Positions 27,638 through 37,339 of a DNA stretch of 64,000 bases are shown piece after piece. The position numbers and the translations under genes are program-made. The notes under the pieces are model-generated. The model searched no databases. It saw nothing but the letters and a program-made list of their open reading frames with translations, and was not told the origin of the DNA. Each line of letters begins with the position of its first letter. Position 1 is the stretch's first letter. The DNA is from Patescibacteria group bacterium (GTDB taxonomy: Bacteria; Patescibacteriota; WWE3; UBA101185; UBA10185), in NCBI GenBank assembly GCA_049322215.1, contig JBMORU010000001.1, positions 708,023-772,022 of the forward strand, read 5' to 3'.

Positions 27638-28378
27638 ATGAATAGTAATGAAATTATAAACTTATATTCAAAAACTTTAAGAAAGGAATTACCCAATAAA
27701 GTAGAATCCACTTTTTTGTTCGGTATGTACCAGATGTTGTACAGAATGTTTGATGCATATAATACTGACTTCCATGTATTGCATGCCTCCAGTTCTGTGA
27801 GTGAATCTGGAAAAGTAGTGCTTTTTGGTGATGATGGGATTTTTTCTGTAGGAAAAACATTCTGTTCTTTACTTTTGGCTGCACAGTCGGGTATTTATGT
27901 TTCTGATGAGTATTGCTTACTCGATAAGTATACGTTAGGTATCTACGGTAACGGGGATATTCCACTAAACCTAAAAGGGGATACGGCAAGCTATATAATG
28001 GAAAGTTTTCAACTTAAGCTAAAGGACTCCAAAGTCATTTATGCTAACGATTACTTTAAAATCGTACCTAGCTCCAAGATAAATTATGTTGTAATACCCT
28101 ATATGTGTTCGGAAAAATCTAGTATTGAGCCTGTCTCAGACACGGATCAGAAAGCATCCATTGCTAAAGGTATAGTGTATGGACACAATGTTAAATTTTT
28201 ACAACCTGAATTTGATAGAGTTTCCATCTTACGTAATGAGCAAGGTAGCCTTGAATCCAATATGAGTACTCTTTTGAATGCTTACCCAGTACCAAATTTT
28301 CCTTTTGATATTGTGAGAATGTATGTGAAAAACCCAGATGATATTTTGCCCATGATTAAGGAAATTGAACATGTCTGA
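27638..28378 (+). CDS. HPr-kinase-like P-loop kinase domain protein
   Basis: VLHASSSVSESGKVVLFGDDGIFSVGKTFCSLLLAAQSGIYVSDEYCLLD follows the HprK C-terminal layout, including Walker A GIFSVGKT. Confidence 0.45.
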   Translation: MNSNEIINLYSKTLRKELPNKVESTFLFGMYQMLYRMFDAYNTDFHVLHASSSVSESGKVVLFGDDGIFSVGKTFCSLLLAAQSGIYVSDEYCLLDKYTLGIYGNGDIPLNLKGDTASYIMESFQLKLKDSKVIYANDYFKIVPSSKINYVVIPYMCSEKSSIEPVSDTDQKASIAKGIVYGHNVKFLQPEFDRVSILRNEQGSLESNMSTLLNAYPVPNFPFDIVRMYVKNPDDILPMIKEIEHV

Positions 28379-29105
28379 GCAAAACCCAAAACTATGTGTA
28401 GCTGAGTTCATAAATAGTATTAAAGGTATAGAGGATTCAAAAGTTCTAGGTGTAATTAGAACTGGGGAACTTGACTACAGTGATTTTGTACCAAACTGGA
28501 GTGATATAGACCTCTTTGTTATTTTGGAGGAAATGAATATAACTGCAGTGAAAACCATAACAAGGCTTACAAAAAGTCTTTCCAAAAAACACAACATTCA
28601 TATTGGCTTAGCTCTTATGACCTCGCAGGAGTACTATTCCACAACACCAGAAGTTAACTGCTTAAAGAATTTGTTAATGAAAAAAGGTTTTTCCTATGGG
28701 AGAAATAATATCGAGTGGGGTAATCTAACCCCCTGTGAATTAAATTTACCGAATAAACTTCCTAGTATGATAAGAGAAGTTAATTACTTCAAGGCATATA
28801 TGCGTAATGGACTTAGAGACCTAAACGAAGATGAGCTATTGCGCCGTATTATTAAGTGTGCTCACTATATTTTACTTTGTTCTCTTTTAGCGGAATATCC
28901 ATTACTGGTAGACACAAAACCAAATAAGGCATTATCTGAGGAACTATTCCATGACTTTGGGTTGGGGTTTTCCATTTACGATCATATTTCAGCAATTAAA
29001 AAAGAATTTGATACAATCGTTGATGCGGAATCGGAAGCGTATGTAATTGCCGATTATCTTGAAAAATTTTTAGTGTATTTTTATAGAAGAACAACAAATG
29101 TATAA
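28365..29105 (+). CDS. Pol-beta-superfamily nucleotidyltransferase
   Basis: GVIRTGELDYSDFVPNWSDIDLFV is the G[GS]x(9-13)DxD signature. Overlaps the kinase gene by 14 nt. Confidence 0.55.
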   Translation: MNMSEQNPKLCVAEFINSIKGIEDSKVLGVIRTGELDYSDFVPNWSDIDLFVILEEMNITAVKTITRLTKSLSKKHNIHIGLALMTSQEYYSTTPEVNCLKNLLMKKGFSYGRNNIEWGNLTPCELNLPNKLPSMIREVNYFKAYMRNGLRDLNEDELLRRIIKCAHYILLCSLLAEYPLLVDTKPNKALSEELFHDFGLGFSIYDHISAIKKEFDTIVDAESEAYVIADYLEKFLVYFYRRTTNV

Positions 29106-29835
29106 ACAAGCGGGTTTTTATGTAAGAAAAACTTTGGTTGAGGACATAGTATTTAATGTTTTTTTTACCGATCTGTCTAAACCGTGGATTATCTTTTTAC
29201 CTGGTCTTCCTCAATATATACACAAACACTGGTACCTTAAGGACTTGATTCAGGATTATTGTGTGCTTAATCCCTATTATCCAGGTTCTTTCCATTCGTT
29301 TGGGGAGTTCACGCCCACATCTTTTACTAAAACAGTAGACACAAGCATAACTTTGCTCGAAACTAAAGAATTTTTTGATCATTTTGAACAAAAAGCTTTT
29401 GAACATACAGGAGTTATTTCAGGGATTTGGGGATTGAGTTTTGGCGCTAATTTAATTGTAGAGTACCTGTCACGTACTAGTAATGTTGATATACCTGTTG
29501 TGATAGTCAGTCCCATGCTAAAAATGTCCATGCCTGTACTTAATGATTACTGGAAACAAAAAACTAGATTTCTAGCATCCCCCGTTTACCAAAACATATT
29601 TCGTGGATTAAATGATGCTGCATTTCGTGACTGGCTAAATTCTACTGAAGCCTTAGAGATTCCACCTAAAACTAGAGGTGTATTGTTATACGGGAAAAAC
29701 GACCGTTATATGGATGCAGACTTTTTAAGTGCCAAATTTTCTGCACTTGATATACATATTTTAGAAGAATATGCCCATGAGGTTGATAATATCATAGGCT
29801 TTTATGTAAAAAGTAACTATGCTATAAATAACTAA
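29098..29835 (+). CDS. Alpha/beta-fold hydrolase
   Basis: GLSFG nucleophile elbow (GxSxG). Overlaps the upstream gene by 8 nt. Confidence 0.45.
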   Translation: MYKQAGFYVRKTLVEDIVFNVFFTDLSKPWIIFLPGLPQYIHKHWYLKDLIQDYCVLNPYYPGSFHSFGEFTPTSFTKTVDTSITLLETKEFFDHFEQKAFEHTGVISGIWGLSFGANLIVEYLSRTSNVDIPVVIVSPMLKMSMPVLNDYWKQKTRFLASPVYQNIFRGLNDAAFRDWLNSTEALEIPPKTRGVLLYGKNDRYMDADFLSAKFSALDIHILEEYAHEVDNIIGFYVKSNYAINN

Positions 29836-30266
29836 TGAAAAAGCATCTTTCCGCAGGAGGTATACTCCTTAATTCAGCTAAACAAGTCTATTTACTGCAT
29901 AAAATAAGCCGTGATGAATGGGGACTACCTAAAGGAACAATTGAAGAAAATGAAGATACTTTAGATGCGGCTATTAGAGAAATTAAGGAAGAAACTGGTT
30001 ACAAAAATATTATACCTTTGGAAGATAAACCATTCGAAACTGTTAACTGGCAAATGACACACCCTAAAACAGGCGAAGAAATAGACAAAACCGTTTATTA
30101 CTTTATGTTTGAGCTTTTAGATGAGGAATTTGAACCCACACCTGAGATGGAAGCAGAAGAGCTAGAAGGAGATTGGTTTGATATTGATACCGCAGTAGAG
30201 AAAGTCACTTTTGACGATCTGCGTGAAGTATTAAAGAAAGCTAAATCTTCAGAATACTTCAACTAA
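29835..30266 (+). CDS. NUDIX hydrolase
   Basis: The Nudix box GTIEENEDTLDAAIREIKEETGY fits Gx5Ex7REUxEExGU. Its start overlaps the upstream stop. Confidence 0.75.
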   Translation: MKKHLSAGGILLNSAKQVYLLHKISRDEWGLPKGTIEENEDTLDAAIREIKEETGYKNIIPLEDKPFETVNWQMTHPKTGEEIDKTVYYFMFELLDEEFEPTPEMEAEELEGDWFDIDTAVEKVTFDDLREVLKKAKSSEYFN

Positions 30267-30380
30267 AGTATCCATTAAAATTTTTATTTCTTGTATAATT
30301 TGACTCAACTCGAACTTCATCTCCGGCCTCAACGAAGTTCGAAATAGCGCCATACTTCTATTTCTTTTATACTTCAAATA

Positions 30381-31115
30381 ATGAACTTCAAATTCTTAAT
30401 AGACGAAAAACTACTATTCTTTGTATGTTTAACCAAAGGTAACAAAACAGAAAGCTGGGTTGATTTGCAAAATGAACTTTGGGACAAATACAGGCTAGGT
30501 TATAAATTACTTCAGGGTAAAATGTTGGGTTTCTTTGTCTCATCCAAAGAGGATTCATTGTCAAAAGCAACTGCAGAAGTTGACGCCTTGTTTAAAGAAG
30601 GTTTGACCTCACATGTATTTTCTACAATATTAAAAAACACCCAAGAATATAAACAGTGGCTAGAAAACGAATGGAAACACAACAAGACCAAAGTTTTAAC
30701 TGAACTGGAGGACATCTTAAAAATACCTCTTCCAAACCAAGAACATGAAGTTTTCGTTATTTCACGTAAGAGCAACGCAGGCAGAAATATTGGAGGTAAC
30801 AAAATACTATTTGGTCATTCCGAAGATTGGAAAAACTACAGCATAGCATACTTAGTTCATGAAGCATTATATTCTGTATTTGGCAAAAGTGACTTAGAGC
30901 ATGCATTAATAGAATTAGCTACTGATAATGAATTAAGGATTCGCTTAAATGATGGGGAAAAATATTTTAAAGTTGGGGAGTTGGAAGTAGGGCATAAATA
31001 TCTACGTGAGTTAGAAAAGGAAATACTTCCGGAGTGGAGGAAACATTTGGAAGGTAAAAATTCAGTGAATGAGTTGATTAAAAAGTTGAAGTCCACACAA
31101 ATAACTCAAGCCTAA
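30381..31115 (+). CDS. Hypothetical protein
   Basis: ORF only. Confidence 0.4.
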   Translation: MNFKFLIDEKLLFFVCLTKGNKTESWVDLQNELWDKYRLGYKLLQGKMLGFFVSSKEDSLSKATAEVDALFKEGLTSHVFSTILKNTQEYKQWLENEWKHNKTKVLTELEDILKIPLPNQEHEVFVISRKSNAGRNIGGNKILFGHSEDWKNYSIAYLVHEALYSVFGKSDLEHALIELATDNELRIRLNDGEKYFKVGELEVGHKYLRELEKEILPEWRKHLEGKNSVNELIKKLKSTQITQA

Positions 31116-31221
31116 TTAGTTAAGTAGCATAACTTCTCTTCTTACATTCCTCACCACGCCACCCCAAGTTTCACCCACAGTCAAACTTGACATTACTCTT
31201 TGTGTAGAATACTTTCAGTTT

Positions 31222-31764
31222 ATGGACTTTCTTCAATCAGGAAACCAAACCCAAATAACTCCTAAAATCCAAAAAATTTCAGATAGGTTAGAAGGTACTG
31301 CATTTAATTACATTGCCAACGTTTTGCTCTGGATTGAACAAAATATAAAAACTCAAAGAAACCACCCAGACAAAGGTAAACTTCTACGCACACGAACTGC
31401 GGATCAAATAATTTCTGACGGTTTTGCAACTGGCTGCACAGACATAGCTTTAGTGTTTATTGTGCTAACCCGAGCAAAAGGCCTACCAACAAAATATGTG
31501 GAAGCAATAAAAGAAAGTTGGTTACAAAGGGGTAGTGAAAACAGTTTAGAAGGCCATGTTTTTGCTGAGGTTGAAATAGATGACAATTGGTATCAAGTAG
31601 ATCCGGATATGTTAACTATTAAGCTTTACCGAAGTTATAAAGGTTTTCAAATATACGAAAAGGGTTTGGATTCTTGGGATTTAGGAATTGATTCATTTGA
31701 AAAACTTAAAGAGGTGTTTTTAGAGTTTAGGAGTTTACATGCGCAAAAGTATTTCAGTAGGTAA
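31222..31764 (+). CDS. Transglutaminase-like cysteine protease superfamily protein
   Basis: GCTDIA (Cys), GHVFAEV (His) and DPD (Asp) are spaced as in the transglutaminase core. Confidence 0.5.
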   Translation: MDFLQSGNQTQITPKIQKISDRLEGTAFNYIANVLLWIEQNIKTQRNHPDKGKLLRTRTADQIISDGFATGCTDIALVFIVLTRAKGLPTKYVEAIKESWLQRGSENSLEGHVFAEVEIDDNWYQVDPDMLTIKLYRSYKGFQIYEKGLDSWDLGIDSFEKLKEVFLEFRSLHAQKYFSR

Positions 31765-31781
31765 TGGTGCTCTTTAACAAA

Positions 31782-32330
31782 CTATAACTCTTTAAGAAAT
31801 TCCCCAAGTTTTTTCCACGCATCCCCCCATACCTTAACACGTTCTTCATGGCTCATTTCTGCTAATGTCTTTTTCTTCTCAGGCACATAAAAAATGTAAT
31901 CATAGTTATATCCGTCATCGCCTCTTTTTTCACTAATTATTTCTCCGTGTCCTTTAGAGCTAAATACTTCCAAAACTTTTCCATCGGTGTATCCAATCAT
32001 TCTCTGAACATAGGCTGTACAGTTAGGAATTGTATTTGCAAGCGTCATTAACCCTTCTTCCCCAATAGTTTCTAATACATACTTTGTGTAGACACCTGGG
32101 AATCCTCCAAGACTCTCAATAAACAAACCAGAATCCATAGCTATTAAAGGTTTTTGTATTATTTCGTAGCACTTTTTAACTTTGTCTTTAATTACTTCTT
32201 CCGGAGAATTTGATTGTATTTCTGGCACTTCTACTTCTTGTCCTATTACATTTATGCCATATTTGTTTAAAACACTCTCTGCTGATTTTATTTTATGTTT
32301 GTTAGTTGTAGTGAAAATTATTTCTTTCAT
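31782..32330 (-). CDS. Non-canonical purine NTP pyrophosphatase (Ham1/RdgB/ITPase family)
   Basis: FTTTNKHKIKSAE corresponds to the FATGNxGKxxE N-terminal motif. Length 182 aa. Confidence 0.65.
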   Translation of the reverse strand: MKEIIFTTTNKHKIKSAESVLNKYGINVIGQEVEVPEIQSNSPEEVIKDKVKKCYEIIQKPLIAMDSGLFIESLGGFPGVYTKYVLETIGEEGLMTLANTIPNCTAYVQRMIGYTDGKVLEVFSSKGHGEIISEKRGDDGYNYDYIFYVPEKKKTLAEMSHEERVKVWGDAWKKLGEFLKEL

Positions 32331-32404
32331 ATTCTATTTATACATCAGTGGATCTTTCATTACCTTAACATTATTTAAACAACGCACTTTGTTATACTCA
32401 CTAT

Positions 32405-32887
32405 ATGAAAAATGATTTAGTAAACTTAGCAAAAGAAACAATTTCAAACAACCAATACATGACCATTGCGACATCGAATGAAAACGGTAATGCCTGGGCA
32501 TCACCAGTAGCGTATGTGTTTGATTATAAATACAATTTTTATTGGGTTTCTGTTCCAGAATCCAAACATCAACAAAATATAAATTATAATCCAAACGTAT
32601 CTATTGCTATTTTTGATTCACATCAACTTTGGGGCGAAGGTGTTGGTGTGCAAATAGAAGCAACAGTTGAGCGGGTTTCGTTAGTTGATTTACCTAAAGT
32701 TACTAAGCTATATTTCTCAAGAGAATATCCATATGGAAGTGCTACCGGCGCTTTTGGTGACGGTTTAAAAGATTTACTAAAAGGTAAAATCTATCATTTT
32801 TACAAAGCTATCCCAACAAAAGTATGGGTTCCTGACCCGAATGCAGATGTGGATGCTCGCATTGAAGTTAATCTAAGCAATAACTAA
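32405..32887 (+). CDS. Pyridoxamine-5'-phosphate-oxidase-like FMN-binding protein (general stress protein 26 type)
   Basis: N-terminal YMTIATSNENGNAWASPVAY pattern of the PNPOx-like split barrel. Confidence 0.5.
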   Translation: MKNDLVNLAKETISNNQYMTIATSNENGNAWASPVAYVFDYKYNFYWVSVPESKHQQNINYNPNVSIAIFDSHQLWGEGVGVQIEATVERVSLVDLPKVTKLYFSREYPYGSATGAFGDGLKDLLKGKIYHFYKAIPTKVWVPDPNADVDARIEVNLSNN

Positions 32888-33025
32888 ATTAAATAAATTT
32901 CTTGCAATGCTTTCTTTGTTATAATTGTCTTTATTATAAGCAATAAACAAAATCTACATAAAATTACTATCATAGTAACTACATATAACGAGCCAAACAC
33001 CATTTACAAATGTGTATCTTCTTTA

Positions 33026-33841
33026 TTGCCTCAAATGTCTTTACAAGACGAATTATTACTTGTTAGCCCTGATGACAACGCAAAAAAAATCCTCGAAAAA
33101 AATCTACCCTCTATAGCTCAACTAAGATTTATTAAAGACGAAGGAAAAGGTAAACCAGCAGCATTAAATCTTGCTTTAAAAGAGGCAAAAAACGAAATTT
33201 TAGTTTTAACTGATGGTGATGTATTTGTGGATAAAAATGCTTTAAGCGAGTTACTAAAACCCTTTTCTGATAATTCTGTAGGTGCAGTTACCGGTCATCC
33301 TGTAAGCTTAAATAAAAAAGATAATATGTTAGGTTACTGGTCTCACTTTTTAACTGATGCGGCACACAATGTGAGAATGAAATGCCTAGAGAATAAATCA
33401 TTTATTGAATGTTCTGGCTATTTATATGCTTTTAAACGTAACTTAATCTCTGAAGTTCCCCTGGATGTACTTTCTGACGATGCTGTAATCTCTCATTTAA
33501 TTGCTTCAACAGGTAGCAAAATAACTTATGCTCCGGAATCATACGTTTATGTTAAGTATCCTAATAACTTTAGCGACTGGCTTAAACAAAAAGTAAGATC
33601 TGCTGGCGGTTTTGCTCAGGAGTATATTAAAAGTTCGCCTTTTAAAATGCGAACGGTTCTTTTTGAAGGTACTCATGGCTTTGTGTTTGCTCTTAAATAC
33701 CCTAAAAGTATAAAGCAGTTTTTTTGGATGTTGTGTTTATTTTTAGCCCGAATTTATTTGTGGTTTCAGGTTTTTGTAAATGTTAGAGTTTTAAATAAGC
33801 CATTTTCATCATTGTGGGTGCGTATTGAGTCTACGAAATGA
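33026..33841 (+). CDS. Family 2 glycosyltransferase with C-terminal TM helices. The true start is probably upstream, near 32960.
   Basis: DGD (DxD) motif LTDGDVFVD. The conserved N-terminal strand KITIIVTTYNEP is encoded in frame upstream of the first TTG/ATG. Confidence 0.6.
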   Translation: MPQMSLQDELLLVSPDDNAKKILEKNLPSIAQLRFIKDEGKGKPAALNLALKEAKNEILVLTDGDVFVDKNALSELLKPFSDNSVGAVTGHPVSLNKKDNMLGYWSHFLTDAAHNVRMKCLENKSFIECSGYLYAFKRNLISEVPLDVLSDDAVISHLIASTGSKITYAPESYVYVKYPNNFSDWLKQKVRSAGGFAQEYIKSSPFKMRTVLFEGTHGFVFALKYPKSIKQFFWMLCLFLARIYLWFQVFVNVRVLNKPFSSLWVRIESTK

Positions 33842-33848
33842 TTTTTTT

Positions 33849-34871
33849 CTAATCATCGTTTAATAAAGGAAACAGCGCGAAAGGAGTTATCCAAGTTATA
33901 TATTGTGGAAAAATTACAGGGTTAAAAATAGTAAAGACAAAAAATGATAAAAACAAATATGCTCCCTTTTTAACTTTCCCAATAAACAACAAACCAACAG
34001 TTAAAAGCATTGAAATAAATAGTGGTAATCTCGGAACGAGCTTTTCTAAAATTTCCGTATCGCTATAGCTTTCTTGTGGTGCGCTAAGTAAACCATTATA
34101 ACCATAAATTATTTCTGATTCAGATGGGCTTCTTGTAAGGCTAAAAAGTATTGACCTTGTAAAGCTATTATAGTCTTCAACTATATATGGTATTACAGGT
34201 ATTAGGATGATTGAAAACAGCAGAACTAAGTTTATTACTAACATTTTCAACGGCATCTTTTTGCTTAAATAAGGAACAATAAATATTGGAAGTGCAAAAA
34301 TGCCAATGTATTTAATTCCTAAAGATAACCCATAAAATATGTAAGAAATAGGTGTAAGTTTTTTACTAGTAAGGAAGTAAAAAGACATAATTAGCAATCC
34401 AATAGCTAATACATCCTGTTTTAGGTAAATAATGCTGTTAAGAGTCCATACATTAAAGACATAAAACAAAGAGGCACATAGCCCTAAAAATGGTTTATCT
34501 TGTTTTTTAAAAATGAGATAGAGAAATGTTCCACCAATACTTTGCGCAACAAACAGCACAAACCTAAATCCCTCTATGAAACCGCTAAAGTTGTCGTCAG
34601 ATTTGTCTCTGACTACTGTTAAAAACTTGTAGTAATGAGGTAACTGCGTAGCGTACTTGTCGTTTTCAAGCATATCACCTTCTAAAATTCTAAGGTAAGG
34701 ATTTACTCCTTTTTGTATTTGTTTTGCAGCATCATACTCGTAATATATATCTTCTCTTTTAAAGTAAAACTCTGCGTCTTTATCTATAGAAAAATCTATT
34801 TTATGTACCAAAAATATAAGGAAAATAAAAAGAACTAGTTTAAAAATTTTCATGCATTGTAATGTTACCAC
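33849..34871 (-). CDS. Polytopic membrane protein, possibly a GT-C-type glycosyltransferase
   Basis: Eight to ten TM helices. Convergent with the GT2 gene. Confidence 0.4.
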   Translation of the reverse strand: MVTLQCMKIFKLVLFIFLIFLVHKIDFSIDKDAEFYFKREDIYYEYDAAKQIQKGVNPYLRILEGDMLENDKYATQLPHYYKFLTVVRDKSDDNFSGFIEGFRFVLFVAQSIGGTFLYLIFKKQDKPFLGLCASLFYVFNVWTLNSIIYLKQDVLAIGLLIMSFYFLTSKKLTPISYIFYGLSLGIKYIGIFALPIFIVPYLSKKMPLKMLVINLVLLFSIILIPVIPYIVEDYNSFTRSILFSLTRSPSESEIIYGYNGLLSAPQESYSDTEILEKLVPRLPLFISMLLTVGLLFIGKVKKGAYLFLSFFVFTIFNPVIFPQYITWITPFALFPLLNDD

Positions 34872-34889
34872 TTTTGTTATAATCCACTT

Positions 34890-35408
34890 ATGACCTTAAC
34901 AAATGAAGTAACTAACTATTTAAACGAGTTTATACCTAAAGTTGAAGCTACCGGAATAGATGTTTCAAATTTAAACTTAGATCATGTTGCCTACCAGGCA
35001 AGTTCTTCTGAAGATTATGAAAAAATAAAACCCCTATTTGAAGAAGTTACTGACTATACTCACGAAGCAATTGTTGGAGGAAGAAGAGTAGGTGTTTTTA
35101 AACTAAAGCAACCCATATTTTACAAAGGTAATAAAATTGTAGCTATAGAACTTATTGAGCCAAAAGAGGGTCAAATATGTAAATCGGCTTGGGAACATGC
35201 CGAATATGTTCTTACTGAAGATTACAAAGAATTTATAAATAAATACTCTGACTTAAATTGGAACACGTCAAGCATTGATAGAAACATATACTCGCATTTA
35301 AAATTACAGCTAGATTCTGAAAATCAAGTTAAATTTCATTTGCACGACATTTTAGAAACAATAAAGTTAGAAGAAGATTCTACTAGGGCTGCAGCTTTTG
35401 ATAATTAG
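34890..35408 (+). CDS. Hypothetical protein (possibly a VOC/glyoxalase fold)
   Basis: LDHVAYQ...GVFKL...AIELIEP weakly resembles VOC beta-alpha-beta-beta-beta modules. Confidence 0.3.
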   Translation: MTLTNEVTNYLNEFIPKVEATGIDVSNLNLDHVAYQASSSEDYEKIKPLFEEVTDYTHEAIVGGRRVGVFKLKQPIFYKGNKIVAIELIEPKEGQICKSAWEHAEYVLTEDYKEFINKYSDLNWNTSSIDRNIYSHLKLQLDSENQVKFHLHDILETIKLEEDSTRAAAFDN

Positions 35409-35526
35409 TAGTATTTCTGTTATTAGTGGCGTTTAAGTTTAAACCCATAGCATTTGCAACGTAGAAATACCAATGTATAATAAATAGAGCTTCTATTAAT
35501 GATCAAAACTGTGTAAGGAGAACAAA

Positions 35527-35817
35527 ATGAGTGACTTTGAGGATCAATTCACGGCCCTAGTTTGCCCAAACTGCCAAGGAGAAGTAGAGTTGTCTAAGGT
35601 TAATACCGATGACTTTGTCGTGGTCTCGGGCAGTGCTGTTGTATATATCGGGGAAGGTCAGGGGCACAACGCCAAATGTACGCATTGCGGCACTAAGTTT
35701 ATTCGCAAACAGCAATACCAAGGAAAGCCAAAGACAGCTACCAATACAACTGTTTTTCTTGGTAAAGTTACCGGCCCTATTCATACCGGGTCTGGAAACA
35801 TTAACATTAAAGGCTAA
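35527..35817 (+). CDS. Small zinc-ribbon protein
   Basis: RBS AAGGAG. CPNC ... CTHC. Confidence 0.4.
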   Translation: MSDFEDQFTALVCPNCQGEVELSKVNTDDFVVVSGSAVVYIGEGQGHNAKCTHCGTKFIRKQQYQGKPKTATNTTVFLGKVTGPIHTGSGNINIKG

Positions 35818-35987
35818 CTTACTAATATGGAGTGTGTTGCTATGCAATTATTTGCTGCAGTGCACTCCTTTTTTTTAGTCACTTCAGTTAATCCCGTTAT
35901 AGTTACTGTCATGAATTGCTTCAAATGCTATAGGGTGTTATAATATATGTATTACTGATCTAGATCATAACCTTTAAGGAGAACAAA

Positions 35988-36524
35988 ATGAACAAGAGAA
36001 AGCCAGTGGATGTAGTTTTGATGTGGGTTTTTGTACTCATTATGGTAGCGTTGAGTTTGCTTTCAAACGGTTGTCGGCAAGAACAAAAAGTTGTGGCTGT
36101 ACTCACCGCAGAACCTATGGCTACCGTGACAGTCATCGAAACGCTGCCAGAGCCTGAGGTTGAAGTAACTTACCCTGAACCTGCATCCGACTCAGAGGCA
36201 TACCCCAGCTTTGATCCCGTTGAGGCTGAAAGCGAAGAATTGGAAATTTCGGAAGCTCAAGAGCGTGTGAAGCAAGTATGGATTATGCTTGAGGTAACGA
36301 CAATCATTTCTTTCACGCAACCTGATGAAACAATGGAAGAAGAGGTCGCATGGTGGGCTACTGAGGTAACACGTATACTAAATGGCTCGCATGCACAAAC
36401 TTTCCAGAGTTGTATTGTAGATGGATTGCCCACAGAAGAAAATCAAAAACCCAACCCACAAGTTTTTCGCGATCATTTGGATACCTGCATCGACTTCATT
36501 GACAAGATGGAACACGGCGCGTAA
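35988..36524 (+). CDS. Hypothetical membrane-anchored acidic protein
   Basis: RBS AAGGAG. N-terminal TM. Confidence 0.4.
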   Translation: MNKRKPVDVVLMWVFVLIMVALSLLSNGCRQEQKVVAVLTAEPMATVTVIETLPEPEVEVTYPEPASDSEAYPSFDPVEAESEELEISEAQERVKQVWIMLEVTTIISFTQPDETMEEEVAWWATEVTRILNGSHAQTFQSCIVDGLPTEENQKPNPQVFRDHLDTCIDFIDKMEHGA

Positions 36525-36537
36525 CAAATAGTCATTC

Positions 36538-36595
36538 GGCAAGGTGAAAGTTGACACAGAAACAATCGTCAATTTTCATCTTGCCATTTTTTTTT
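36538..36595 (+). terminator. Intrinsic terminator
   Basis: GGCAAGGTGAAAGTTGAC...GTCAATTTTCATCTTGCC followed by T10. Confidence 0.6.
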
Positions 36596-36618
36596 AAACT
36601 TTCAAAAAAGCAGTCAAA

Positions 36619-37335
36619 TTACCTTATTTGTTTCAACGTTATTTTCCTAAACACAAGCTTATGAAACTCTATAAAAAAGGGAAGGGTTTTTAATTTTGTT
36701 TCTTCACTCCCATATATTGCAGGAATTTTTACATCAACAATTTTTGCCTTCTTTTTACTTAATTCTATTATTAGTGAGGTTTCATATCCAAAGCGTTTTT
36801 CTAATTTTCTTTTGTCTAGTTTAGAAAACATTTCTTTTGTAATTGCAGTGTAGCCATTTAACGGGTCTGAAACTTTCCAGTATTGTGTAGCTATCTTTAA
36901 TATCAAGCTTGCGTAAATGTTACCTAAAAGTCTAATCAAAGGCATTCCGGTTGTTCCACCTGGATATAAACGCATACCTTTTGTAAAATTTGCTTCCTTC
37001 TTTACCAAAGGTTCTAGTAGCTTAGGTAGGTAAGTAGTGTCCATTTGATTATCCCCGTTAATAACCACAGAAATATCATAGCCGGATTTAAAGGCAAAAT
37101 TATGTGCGGTCAATATGCTTGCTCCTACTCCCAAATTTTCTTTTGCACTAATTAACTTCAGCTTTGTATTTTTTATAGCAAGTTTATTTAAAATTTTTTC
37201 AGAATTATCTGTACTTGCGTCATTAACCACTACTACTAAATCAACCCACTTTGGAATATTTCTTACAACTTCTTTTATATGCTTTTCTTCATTAAAAATT
37301 GGTATTGATACTGAGATTTTTTTATTTTTATACAT
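36619..37335 (-). CDS. Family 2 glycosyltransferase (polyprenyl-phosphate sugar synthase / Dpm1-like)
   Basis: N-terminus ISVSIPIFNEEKHIKEVV...VVVVNDASTDNS. Confidence 0.7.
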   Translation of the reverse strand: MYKNKKISVSIPIFNEEKHIKEVVRNIPKWVDLVVVVNDASTDNSEKILNKLAIKNTKLKLISAKENLGVGASILTAHNFAFKSGYDISVVINGDNQMDTTYLPKLLEPLVKKEANFTKGMRLYPGGTTGMPLIRLLGNIYASLILKIATQYWKVSDPLNGYTAITKEMFSKLDKRKLEKRFGYETSLIIELSKKKAKIVDVKIPAIYGSEETKLKTLPFFIEFHKLVFRKITLKQIR

Positions 37336-37339
37336 AAAG

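Noticed and set aside
37115-37339. 5' extension of the large membrane-protein ORF
   Set aside because: It overlaps the divergent GT2 coding sequence on the other strand. The ATG at 37340 gives a sensible N-terminus.
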